Shown: in pieces, positions 1 through 20,027 of the stretch | Layout of the letters: each line of letters begins with the position of its first letter | Position numbering within the stretch: the stretch's first letter is position 1 | NCBI RefSeq assembly: GCF_009914755.1 | Contig: NC_060947.1 | Reading direction: 5' to 3' (one strand) | From: the human T2T-CHM13v2.0 reference genome, Homo sapiens | Length of the DNA: 64,000 nt | The notes under the pieces: generated by a model | The model's input: only the letters and a program-made list of their open reading frames with translations | What the model was told of the DNA's origin: nothing | The model's database searches: none | Position numbers and translations under genes: made by a program

Positions 1-5845
<5,845 letters not shown>

Positions 5846-5849
5846 CCCC

Positions 5850-6212
5850 TTTTAATACCTGATAATTTCCCTTCCTCTGAAGTCTCCTTTTCAGAATTGA
5901 TATATGTATGTCTTTCTTTTGATTAGTGCTATCATGGTATATTTTCTACATTATTTTAATTTTAATCTATCTCTGTCTTTATATTTAAAGTGAGTATTGT
6001 GTAGAAAACATAGAGTTGGTCTTTCAAGAAATTCACTCTCACAGTCTCTGTCTTTTAGTTTGTGTATTTAGACTACTATTCACATTTAAGGTGATTATCA
6101 ATATAGTTGGATTAATAACTACTATATTTATAACTGTTGTCTATTCATTGCCCCAATTCTTTCTTTTCTTTTTTTTTTTGATCTTTCACTCTTTTTTTCT
6201 CCTTTTCTGGTT
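5850..6212 (-). mobile_element. Ancient L1M fragment (ORF2 5' region)
   Basis: Degenerate similarity to L1 ORF2 start (tctttatatttaaagtgag...cacatttaaggtgattatcaatatagttgg). Confidence 0.6.
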
Positions 6213-6231
6213 TTGAGTTCCTGTCATTTTT

Positions 6232-7716
6232 TTTTTTTCCAAGGCAGAAGAATTTTTCTTAGTACAGAACAAAATGAAAAGTCTCCCATGTCTACTTCTT
6301 TCCACACAGACACGGCAACCATCTGATTTCTCAATCCGTTCCCCACCTTTCCCCCCTTTCTACTCCACAAAACCACCACCGTCATCATGGCCCGTTCTCC
6401 ATGAGCTGCTGAGCACACCTCCCAGACGGGGTGGTGGTCGGGCAGAGGGGCTCCTCACTTCCCAGTAGGGGTGGCCGGGCAGAGGCGCCCCTCACCTCCC
6501 GGACGGGGTGGCTGGCCGGGCGGGGGGCTGACCCCCCCACCTCCCTCCCGGACGGGGTGGCTGGCCGGGTGGGGGGCTGACCCCCCCACCTCCCTCCCGG
6601 ACGGGGCGGCTGGCTGTGCAGAGGGGCTCCTCACTTCCCAGTAGGGGCGGCCGGGCAGAGGCGCCCCTCACTTCCCAGACGGGGCGGCTGGCCGGGCGGG
6701 GGGCTGACCCCACCACCTCCCTCCTGGATGGGGCGGCTGGCCGGGCAGGGGGCTGACCCCCCACCTTCCTCCCGGACAGGGCGGCTGGCCAGGTGGGGCG
6801 CTGATCCCCCCACCTCCCTCCCGGACGGGGCGGCTGGCCTGGCGGGGGGCTGACCCCCACCTCCCTCCCGGATGGGGTGGCTGCTGGGCGGAGACGCTCC
6901 TCACTTCCCAGACGGGGTGGCTGCCGGGCAGAGGGACTCCTCACTTCTCAGACAGGGTGGTTGTCGGGCAGAGGGTCTCCTCACTTCTCAGACGGGGCGG
7001 CCGGGCAGAGGCGCTCCTCACATCCCAGACGGGGTGGTGGGGCAGAGGCGCTCCCCACATCTCAGACGATGGGCGGCCGGGCAGAGACGCTCCTCACTTC
7101 CTAGATGGGATGGCGGCCGGGAAGAGGCGCTCCTCACTTCCTAGATGGGATGGCGGCCGGGCAGAGACGCTCCTCACTTTCCAGACTGGGCAGCCAGGCA
7201 GAGGGGCTCCTCACATCCCAGACAATGGGTGGCCGGGCAGAGACGCTCCTCACTTCCCAGACGGGGTGGTGGCCGGGCAGAGGCTGCAATCTCGGCACTT
7301 TGGGAGGCCAAGGCAGGCGGCTGGGAGGTGGAGGTTGTAGCAAGCAGAGACCATGCCACTGCACTCCAGCCTGGGCACCATTGAGCACTGAGTGAATGAG
7401 ACTCCGTCTGCAATCCTGGCACCTTGGGAGGCCGAGGCTGGCGGATCACTCGCGGTTAGGAGCTGGAGACCAGCCCGGCCAACACAGCAACACCCTGTCT
7501 CCACCAAAAAAATACGAAAACCAGTCAGGCATGGAGGCGTGCGCCTGCAATTGCAGGCACTCGGCAGGCTGAGGCAGGAGAATCAGGCAGGGAGGTTGCA
7601 GCGAGCCGAGATGGCAGCAGTACAGTCCAGCCTCAGCTCGGCATCAGAGGGAGACCGTGGAAAGAGAGGGAGAGGGAGACCGTGGGGAGAGGGAGAGGGA
7701 GACGGAGAGTGAGAGC
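6232..7716 (-). mobile_element. SVA retrotransposon with 3'-truncated SINE-R
   Basis: Short (CCCTCT)n-type head ~7665-7716, Alu-like domain ~7270-7660, GC-rich VNTR ~6420-7270, ~180 bp of SINE-R, poly(A); TSD gagttcctgtcattttt at 6215-6231 and 7717-7733 with a TT/AAAA endonuclease site. Confidence 0.97.
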
Positions 7717-10237
7717 GAGTTCCTGTCATTTTTAAGAACAGGTTAAGTAGCCACTTGGCAGAAAGCCCTAGAGGGTAATCAAACAATGTATGGGAGTCCG
7801 AACTACACAATCTTTAGGGTCTCTTTCAATTCCCAGATTGTAAGATTCTTAATTAGTCAAATTATTCAACAGTTATATGGAGACACAGTCAAGGTGATTA
7901 TAGTATCTACTTTTTTTTATAGTGTCTACTTTTAAAGTACCATAACCATATTTGCAATATTGAGGAATAGCTTAATAAACAAGACTTTGAGGTTGCAGTA
8001 TTTCTCTATCCCAGAGTTGAGGCTTCCAATGCATTCATATTAGAAACTTCTATCTTTTGTCAATTTATGTTTTCAGGGATGGTTTGGAGCTGAGAGGAAA
8101 GGGTATGGGGTTTGGGCTACAGGGAAACTAGCTCGTCTTGCCCAAACTCACCAGAAAAGAATCTGTACCAGAAAACCAGTTGAATAATATATAGTAAAAA
8201 GTGAAATAACGAAGCAGATGATATTCTAATCAACTAGTCAATATTTTGTCTTTCTGGCAAGTAAGCAAAAAAATGGATATTCTAAAGTTTATTGATAAAT
8301 AATGCACTTGACAAGAGAAAAGACTGTACAAACTAACCAGATCTCCTGTCATCCATTTGGGCACTCCCTTGAGTGCCCCTGTACATATATTGTCCTAATA
8401 TCACCTCAACTGCCTCTTTCAAACATTCCATGGTGCTTCCTGGGATTTTATAATGATATGAACACTCACCTTAAGGGTCCCTAATTATTTTAGCCTTGAG
8501 AAAGGCCCAATTTCTCTGTTAATACACTAGCTTATCACTCCCTTGAATCAAGGAATTTTAGGCTTCTTCCAATATTCTGACAATATTAGAATATAGATTG
8601 TCAACAGGACCTTCCCAAAACAGGGGAAGAAAGGGTTCATTCAAGATGCCAGTTATGCTGAGTACTAAATATGGCATAGTGGGAAAAGACACAGAGTCAG
8701 AAATCAAGCCCTGCAGGACTATAGGATCTGATTTGCAATGATTTTATAATTAGACTTAAATTCAAAACCTGATATACATGAAAAGTTGTTGGTGCTGTTT
8801 TAGTGACAAAAACTCCTGTGGAGCGAATAAAGAGCTAAATCTTAGCTGAGCTACTATAACTTTTATCCAGTAAAAGGGAAAACTATTTGGAAGAGTAAAA
8901 GGGGATAAATTTTCTTGGTTTCTTGTCAGTTGTTTGAACTTTTTTTTAAAAGGGAAACTAGAATTAGGTAGTAATTTGAATTATTCTTTGCCAAGTTCCA
9001 GAAAGAATAATCTGGTTTTTAATGGGATGTAAAACATTATTTTTCATTCTTTAATTTTCATAACTGTCTGGGTCTTCAAGAGATCATTACACTTTCAAGT
9101 TAGGAAGGTGAAAAAACACCAAACCAAAAGCAGTTATGGGTATTCAGAAACGAATATGCTACTTTTTATTTACCCAGAGTGCAATGCAATGAGGCAAGGG
9201 CATAGTTTTACTTTGTTTTGCCATTTGGATAGCCAGTAAATAACTTTGTGCACCAAAAGGACAGTTTTCCATAAGGATAATTTAATTGGGTTAAAGTTCT
9301 AAGATAGTGCTAGTGACATGCAAAAGATTTCTTAGATCAAGTGACTAGCTATCAAGAGACACTGTAAGGGTCAGCTTCTTGGGGATACAAATTTAAATGT
9401 CATTTGAGCCAGTGTACCATGTAAATCTGTTTGATAAACTTTAAGTTATGCCTTTGTAATTTAGAAAAGAAATATATTTTTGTGATTTAGCAGAGTTACC
9501 ATGGAGGGGATTATGTGAAGGGATTACATATAGTGCAGAGAAAAGGGAACTAATAAGCAGATGAATGAGGAGTTAGAAGTTGTCTTGTGATTTATCTGGA
9601 GTAACAGAGCTCTTGGTGGATCAAAGAAAATGTTTTGGATTTGGTTCTCAGAAACATTTTGCTATTTTAATATCAGGCAAAGCCAATCTAACCTGGGTTG
9701 TACATATGAGGTAGAATGTGATAAATGAGCTTCTTTTCCTACCTTCTGTGCAGTAGTGCTTACCAAAAAGAGCCCACAAATTTACATTGCTGAGATCTAA
9801 TCTCACCTTTCAAGCTTCCAAATTTCTACCTTTGGAGTCACTAAAGTGTTAGTAAGAAGTAGATATTGAAATATATATATATATATATTTAATTATCTTA
9901 AAAGGACAATTAAAATGCAAAATTATGTCACTAAGGTGAAAGGCTAGGAGGTTATGACAACCAAGAAAACCAAAGTTTACAGTTAAGATGAGTACACAGA
10001 ACTATTTATGTTTATTTTGTAGGTGAAAATGCAGAGTATTCTTTCAAGATTTGAAATAGTTTTTGATATACATAAACCATATTGGCTGAGGAAAATAAAA
10101 AACTAAGTATATAATGAGAGTTTAGATAGCTGATAATATTTAAAAGGACCATTTACAACCAAAAGAATGACTGTGAAGGCCATTAGGAATCACAAATGTG
10201 AAGCTCCTTCTAATGTCAATGTTCTAGGATATAATAT

Positions 10238-12957
10238 ATATAAATATATAATGTATATAATATATAAATATATAATGTATATAATATATAATATATATTA
10301 TATATTATATATATTATATAATATATATAATATATATATAATATATAATATATAATATATTATTATATATATTATAAATTATATAATATATATAATATAT
10401 ATATTATATATAATATATTATATATTATATAATATATAATATATATAATATATAATATATTATATATAATATATTATATATTATATAATATATATATAAT
10501 ATATAATATATAATATATATATTATATATAATATATAATATATATATTATATATAATATATAATATATAAAATATATAATATATATGATATATTATATAT
10601 AATATATAAAATATATAATATATATGATATATTATATATAATATATAAAATATATAATATATATGATATATTATATATAATATATATAATATATCAATAT
10701 ATAATGTATATTATATAAATATATATTATATATTTAATATAAATATATATTATATATTTAATATAAATATATAAAATATATTCATGTAATATATATCGAT
10801 ATATTATATAGAATATATAAAATATATATATTCTATATAATATATAGAATATATATATTATATATCATATATATAGAATATATATTATATATATATAGAA
10901 TATATATTATATATAATATATATAAATATGGAATATATATTATATATAATATATATAAATATGGAACATATATTATATATTATATATAATATAGAATATA
11001 TATTATATATAATATATATAAATATGGAATATATATTATATATAATATATATTCTATATAATATATATAAATATAGAATATATATTATATATAATATATA
11101 TAAATATAGGATATATATTATATATCATATATATATAGAATATATATTATAAATAATATATATAAATATAGAACATATATTATATATAATATATATAAAT
11201 ACAGAACATATATTATATATAATATATATAAATACAGAATATATATTATATATAATATATAAATATAGAATATATATTATATATAAATATAGAATATATA
11301 TTATATATAATATTAAATATAGAATATATATTATATATTATATATAAATATAGAATATATATTATATTATATATAAATATAGAATATATATTATATATAA
11401 TATATAAATATAGAATATATATTATATATAATATATAAATATAGAATATATATTATATATAATATATAAATATAGAATATATATTATATATAATATATAA
11501 ATATAGAATATATATTATATATAATATATAAATATAGAATATATATTATATATAATATATAAATATAGAATATATATTATATATAATATATAAATATAGA
11601 ATATATATTATATATAATATATAAATATAGAATATATATTATATATAATATATAAATATAGAATATATATAAATATAGAATATATATAATATATAATATA
11701 TATAAATATAGAATATATATAATATAGAATATATAAATATAGAATATATATTATATATAATATATAAATATAGAATATATATTATATATGATATATATGA
11801 ATATAGAATATATATTATATATGATATATATGAATATAGAATATATATTATATATGATATATATGAATATAGAATATATATTATATATGATATATATGAA
11901 TATAGAATATATATTATATATGATATATATGAATATAGAATATATATTATATATGATATATATGAATATAGAATATATATTATATATGATATATATGAAT
12001 ATAGAATATATATTATATATGATATATATGAATATAGAATATATATTATATATGATATATATGAATATAGAATATATATTATATATGATATATATGAATA
12101 TAGAATATATATTATATATTATATATAATATATATTATATATAATATAGAATATAGAATATATATCATATATAATATATAATATAGAATATATATCATAT
12201 ATAATATAGAATATAGAATATATATTATATATAATATAGAATATAGAATATATATTATGTATATATAATATAGAATGTATATTCTATATTATATAATATA
12301 GAATGTATATTCTATATTATATATAATATAGAATATATATTATATTTATATATAATATAGAATATATTCTATATAATATAGAATATATAACATATTATAT
12401 ATAAATATAATATATATTCTATATTTATATAGAATATATAATATACATTCTATATTTATATAGAATATATAATATACATTCTATATTTATCTAGAATATA
12501 TAATATATTCTATATAAATACGGAATATATATTATATATTCTATATTTATATAGAATATATATTATATATTCTATATAATATATATTCTATATATATATA
12601 GAATATATATTATATATTCTATATAATATATATTCTATATATATATAGAATATATATTATATATTCTATATAAATATAGAATATATATTATATATTCTAT
12701 ATAGAATATATATTATATATAGAATATATAATATATATTCTATATTTATATAGAATATATAATATATATTCTATATATATATAGAATATATATTATATAT
12801 ATAGAAAATATATTATATATTCTATATTTATATATAATATATATTATATTCTATATTTATATAGAATATAAATATATAATATATAATATTTGTATATGTA
12901 CTATATATTATATAATATATATAATACATATAATTATATATATTATATATATATATA
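10238..12957. repeat. ~2.7-kb AT-rich compound minisatellite (39-, 31- and 33-bp units, palindromes)
   Basis: 39-bp unit x3 at 10562-10678; 31-bp unit tatataaatatagaatatatattatatataa ~11380-11660; 33-bp unit x10 at 11788-12117; almost only A/T. Confidence 0.98.
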
Positions 12958-13244
<287 letters not shown>

Positions 13245-13439
13245 AGGATATAATATTCTTAATGTGTTCTTCCAACTAAAATAATAGGCTTTAGGTCATG
13301 GTTCATGTGTTTATATAATTAAAAGATATAAGCATGTAGTTTAATTAAACCTAGTTTTTAAAATAAATGAATAAGTCATTTAAACATCATTAAAAAATAA
13401 ACTTTAATTTTCTATATTTCTCTTTCTCTCTGTATTTGT

Positions 13440-13590
13440 ATATCTTTTACTGTGGTAAGAGCACCTTACATGAAATATATCCTCTTAACAAACTTTTAAA
13501 TATACAATATTGTATTGTTAACTATAGGCATAATGTTGAAAAACAGATCTGTAGAACCTATTTGTCTCCCACAGCTGAAGCTTTTTGCCT
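13440..13590 (-). mobile_element. Old L1MA/MB 3'-end fragment
   Basis: tgtggtaagagcaccttacatgaaatatatcctcttaacaaacttttaaatatacaatattgtattgttaactatagg resembles L1MA 3' ends. Confidence 0.55.
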
Positions 13591-13614
13591 GAAAATGGTC
13601 CCGCAGGATATTAT

Positions 13615-13855
13615 AGCAAATTAAGTACATGGGTTGTGAAATCAGACTGCCTGGGTTTGAACCTTGGTTCTGGTGCTTACTAGCTGACTGACTGAGCAAG
13701 TTCCATGACCTCACCTCAGTTTTTAATTCAGCAAAGCAGGCATAATAATGGTACATACCTTGCAGGGCAGTTGTAAGCATAAAATTCATTGATATGGGTA
13801 AAACACTTAAAATAGAATATAGTATATAATTAGAGTTTATTAAATGTTAGATACT
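13615..13855 (+). mobile_element. MIR
   Basis: MIR core: cagactgcctgggtttgaaccttggttctggtgcttactagctg...ctcagttt...ataataatggtacatacc. Confidence 0.75.
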
Positions 13856-14289
13856 ACCACTTAAATACATAATTTTCAACCTCAAGGAATTTATAATTCC
13901 ACAAAGTGATAACTCCACTTTGGGAGACAATATTAACATGTGGAAAAATTGGTGAAAACATTAAGTACTATGCAGTGTGGTAGAGACTATAAGTACATAA
14001 GACATGAAAAAAAGCAAATTTATGATAGGCTTGCAAGTAATTGAAGGTTTTATGGTATGTTGCTGTGTGGGAGGAAGTGGGACTATGACTGGAAATGATA
14101 ACATAGGCAAAAGCCTGGAAGAAATAAATAACCCACAAGATTCTTTGATGTGGAGTAGGATTTAACTATGGCTATTTTTGTTCAAATTCTTTCAAATCTG
14201 AGAATCCATGTAGTAAATATGACTCAGTAATTTTAAGTAACAGAACTACCTCTAAATACTTAAACATTATATCTTGTTATATATTTTTA

Positions 14290-14497
14290 AAAACTTTAAC
14301 ATTCCTGATCTCATTTGAGTTTTACAAATGCCCTATAAAAAATGCAGGATAAGTATTATTATTACCATTTTACAAATAAGGAAGCTGAGGATTAGAGTTT
14401 ATGTCATTTGCTTAAAGTTACATAACTGTAAGCAATAGAGACCAGGTTAGCATCCAGGTCTTCTGGATTCCAATCTAGTGCTCTTCTACCATACTAT
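14290..14497 (-). mobile_element. MIR
   Basis: Reverse MIR core: attattattaccattttacaaataaggaagctgagg...catccaggtcttctggattcca. Confidence 0.7.
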
Positions 14498-14812
14498 GCT
14501 GCTTGCTGGATAGCAGAAGGCCCAGTAAATGAGAAATGAGGATTGAATTTTGTGATAAATATTATGTTTGATCTTTGTCTCCAGCAAGGGAAAAATAGTA
14601 TAGGGTAAGAGCATAGAAACGGCCAGGTCACAGGTATATTAAAAATAAATGGGTACAAGCTATTACTATGCCTTAGAGGTCCTTTCCATTTATGTTTTGT
14701 AATTTTTTTCCCCAAGGGACTACAACATTAGAAATGAAATAGAAATAATGTACACATGGCAGATTCAGATAGAAAATTTTCCCAAAGCTTTCTTTTTTCT
14801 TTATAGTTATCA

Positions 14813-14818
14813 TTTATT
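14813..14818 (-). terminator. CYSLTR1: Probable distal poly(A) signal of CYSLTR1 (AATAAA), giving a ~1.25-kb 3'UTR
   Basis: tttatt on plus = AATAAA on minus; distance fits my recollection of the annotated 3'UTR length. More proximal AATAAA hexamers occur near 15713 and 15753. Confidence 0.6.
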
Positions 14819-16060
14819 TCTTCTGAGGTAAGTTACTTTTTAAAAAACAAACTTAAAGGACACACTACACTTCAGCAAAAGCTTGTCCACGCATATTATA
14901 TTTCAGCCGTAGATGAGTTGTTGTGGCTGTTTTAAGATCAAAGCGTCCACTGTAATATAAAAGTCACTGTAAACATATCCATGATATTCCTGTCAACATA
15001 CCAATAAAAAGTAATAAAGCAATAATAAAACTTATCGTGAACTTTCACCCATAATGCATATCATACAGCAAAATCTCTTACATATAGTTGTATACATATA
15101 CATAAATGTATGCACTTCTTAAAAGAATTTGTAACGTGAACATTCACAATTTTCTTCATAAATCCTTTGTAGTTTATTTTGATCCCAGCAATTGGCATAT
15201 AGAAAAGTAGATTCCTTTTCCTTTTCTCTTCTTCAGATAAGTTTTTAATTACTTCTATTTATATATAGGAGTGCCAGTTGTCTGGCTTCTTAAGGAAGAA
15301 TTGTATGTCATGGATGGAGAGAAATCTCTACAGGAACCTCACTGAGCAGCTAAAACTCCACTATTCAATTTTGGGAGCCTGAGGCAAAGGCAGAAGAAAA
15401 CTGGAGACAAACTGGCTTTTGACCAGATTTCTCCTGTTGCCATATTGAACATTGTATGGTGCTTTTAGGACCCTTTAGCTGAATACTAGTCTGTTCTAGC
15501 ACTTTTACATTCTCTTTTGGAAGAAATGGCCCTAATTTGCCTAGCGAATCAGTACTACAAAGAAGGGTGACAGTACGTTTTATGTAGCTCCTGAGTCATC
15601 TCCAGTTCTCATCTGATGGCATGCATGCAAAGGAATATGTTAGAATGATTCAGAACTATTTGCCAATTTTATATCTAGTTTTATATTTTATAACTTTTAG
15701 CTTGCATGTATTTTTATTGACTAATTTTATATATTTTATCGTTTGTAAAGCTTTTATTTGAAGAGGAAAACTTTAATATAAGACATATTTTATAGTGCAA
15801 AGATAAAAATATTCTCCAAATTCTGGTGAGTGGTCAAAATTATTTATAATTCAGTTCATAGTTGTGGACCGAATTTTTAGCACTTAAAATATCTATAAAT
15901 ATCTAATCATGTGGATGCATAAATGAGATAGAGTTGTAGGCCCAAATAGTTAAGTATTTGTAAAATATTAAGTAAAATTTTTATTTTTTTTGTAAATGAT
16001 TTGACAAAATACTTATTTGGGAAACTATTTTCATTGGTTTGGACTGGAAATGGGTTTAAA

Positions 16061-17074
16061 CTATACTTTACATATTTCTTCTCCTTTTTCTGGCAAAGAG
16101 GCCTTCTTTCTGGGTACATAAGTCACGCTGGACAAAGAATGCTTTCTAAATGTAGACAGCCTTTTCCTAAAGTTACCCCCAGAAAAGAAATATAGGAGAG
16201 GGTCAAAGCAACAATTGGATGCAGCCAGAGACAAGGTTATGACCACGGACTTCTGCATTCTAAGGACAGAATCACAGGGTTTAGTTTCATTGTGTAAAAA
16301 ATGAAGGTGAATGGTACGTTGAATATGATATGGCATGAAACTGACTAAAAAGGCAGCGGTCACGACCATGATCATTCCTATAGCCTTTTTATGACTTGAC
16401 AGATTTTTTTTCATTGATTTTTTTAGTAAGGTCAAAATGATCATTGTGTAACAGACAATTATAATAACAAAAGGGATGATAAAGCCAACAAACAATGACA
16501 CATAATGCAAGACCAAAACATGATTTTTAGTTTGATTGTCTTGTGGGGGCTCAAAGCACTTGGTATTATTTTTCTCATCTTTTTGTGGTTTGGCCATTAG
16601 AAATGGAGAACTGGTCAAAATCACAAAAATCCAAATACCTACACACACAAACCTGGCTTTTTTCTGTGTAACCAAATTAATGTTCTGGACTGGAAAAACA
16701 ATTGCAATGCACCGGAAAAAGCTCATGGCTGTCATAAAGAAGATGCTACAATAGAGGTTGACATACAAAGCATAGGTGCTGAGGCGGCACAAGAAGTCAC
16801 CAAAGAGCCAAATGCCTTTGTGAACATAATAGACCACACGGAGAGGCAGTGTGCACACACAAAGTAGATCTGCTACTGCTAAATTAATCATGTATACTTG
16901 GAAGGCTGACTTCTTGTGATAGGTTTTTATGAGGACATAGAGCACAAAGCCATTGCCAAAGAAGCCTACAACAGAGATCATAGAGTACAAGGTGGAATAC
17001 ACTTGATTGCGGAAGTCATCAATAGTGTCATGGCATGTGGCAGAAGATACTGTCAGATTTCCTGTTTCATCCAT
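16061..17074 (-). CDS. CYSLTR1: Cysteinyl leukotriene receptor 1 (class A GPCR, 337 aa), intronless CDS
   Basis: [27 protein letters not shown]...EKGEEICKV matches human CysLT1R as recalled; 7 TM segments, GN (TM1), LAVADLL (TM2), FRC in place of DRY, DPLLY in place of NPxxY; strong Kozak aacATGG. Confidence 0.99.
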   Translation of the reverse strand: MDETGNLTVSSATCHDTIDDFRNQVYSTLYSMISVVGFFGNGFVLYVLIKTYHKKSAFQVYMINLAVADLLCVCTLPLRVVYYVHKGIWLFGDFLCRLSTYALYVNLYCSIFFMTAMSFFRCIAIVFPVQNINLVTQKKARFVCVGIWIFVILTSSPFLMAKPQKDEKNNTKCFEPPQDNQTKNHVLVLHYVSLFVGFIIPFVIIIVCYTMIILTLLKKSMKKNLSSHKKAIGMIMVVTAAFLVSFMPYHIQRTIHLHFLHNETKPCDSVLRMQKSVVITLSLAASNCCFDPLLYFFSGGNFRKRLSTFRKHSLSSVTYVPRKKASLPEKGEEICKV

Positions 17075-17125
17075 GTTTCTCTACGAATGTCTGCTTTGTG
17101 CCTATAATAAATAAAAAAAATTGTC
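17075..17125 (-). promoter_or_regulatory. CYSLTR1: Splice acceptor and 27-nt 5'UTR portion of the coding exon
   Basis: Minus strand reads ttttttttatttattatAG|gcacaaagcagacattcgtagagaaacATG; AG at 17103-17102, exon starts at 17101. Confidence 0.85.
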
Positions 17126-17537
17126 AATTTTAACTAGACCATAAATTACAGGAAGTACTAATGTTTTATTTCATAGTGTCACTATGTATACTTTTTGACC
17201 ACAGCAGCAAGCAAGAGTAGTGAGGCATTGAGGAGGGATTCAGCTGTACCTTATCCTCCGGAGAAGAGTCCGTATCCTACAGGTATCCAGAAAACTTTTT
17301 TTTTGTCCTTTCCCACCCATGTTTTTCTGATGGACTTCCTCTAAATCTTCAAGACCTAGGTGAAACAGCCCTCCTGTATTTTAAATCATACTACTGTAGT
17401 ACAATTCGGTAGGTTTTCCTTTCAAATGAACTTGTTTTTCTATTAGAGAAAAGCTTTAAGAAGCAGTTTCACATGTATGAATATATCTATATTTATACCT
17501 ATTTATTGGAAAATCTCTGAATTGTTTTAGATAATAA

Positions 17538-19074
<1,537 letters not shown>

Positions 19075-20027
19075 GAAAATGCTTGGTTCCCTCGAGAAGA
19101 AGGCTTCCTTGGTAATATCTGTTGAGTGCCACCCATACCTATGGAAAATAATCTAATTTGCTGTTAATGAAACTCCCTCCCCTGGGGGAGAGTATTAATC
19201 TAGAACATGGTTGACTCTACCTATAACTGCAGAACTCCATGGTAAGAGAAACCTTAGAAGCCATATAGTTATTTAATGATGAGAAAAATGTTTTAGAGTG
19301 ATAAAATACATTTCTAAAATCTGCACCATTATTTAAGGCTCTGAAGAAATATGTAGTACAAGTAGTTGGAATATACTTGTTTGGTGAGAAAAACGTTGTA
19401 GCCATTCATTCTTGTTCTCTTTCTAGACTTCCTAGACTTTACTGTTTAGCAATATACAGTTATTTCTCTTATAGGAAGGATTTCTCTTATAGTTGATACT
19501 TACTCTAGTCTATTTCAGCTCTGTCACTGAGGGCAGTCAATAAGTTCTGATCAGAGAAGGCTTGAGGTGAGATACTGTAGTGTAGAAGTAGTGATTTCTC
19601 TCATATTTCTCTAGATTATCCTCTTTTATTCTTTACAAAGGTTGAAGGGACTCAGTATGTAACATATCAGATAATCTTTGATTGAAGTCTGATGTTGGCC
19701 TTTTACACAACTCCTGCTCCCTTGTAAGAGACGTGTTGGGGTTTGCAAGGTGGGAAGACTGCTTGAGTATGCAAAAACTGCCAGCCATGAAGGGGACTGA
19801 TCTTTACTAGGGATACAGAAACAGATAGCTATGGTAGTTGTTGCAGGTAGGATGTAACTTCCTAGGTTTACTACCGCTCACAATTATATTTGCTATTGAG
19901 GATGTAGCGTCCATCCATCTAGCCATCCCAGCTAGTTGTTCAATTTTTTCCCTTTCATTAAAAAAGTCATTATTATTATTATTATTACCAAGAACTTTTG
20001 GCATAAGATAAAAATTGGATAGATTAT

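Noticed and set aside
6224-7810. Cluster of overlapping Pro/Gly/Arg-rich ORFs
   Set aside because: Expected by-product of the GC-rich SVA VNTR and Alu-like domain.
11788-12144. 118-aa ORF of ten MIYMNIEYILY repeats (also ORFs at 10167, 10928, 12890)
   Set aside because: Translation of a 33-bp tandem unit that happens to lack stops; no promoter, splice or compositional support.
10238-12957. CRISPR-like regular repeat array
   Set aside because: Units are head-to-tail with no unique spacers, there are no cas genes, and the context is primate.
16190-16720. FRC instead of DRY and DPLLY instead of NPxxY
   Set aside because: Known features of CysLT1R, not mutations of this haplotype.
16001-17107. 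Short antisense ORFs overlapping the CYSLTR1 CDS
   Set aside because: 63-72 aa, no recognisable homology; typical antisense shadows of a coding region.
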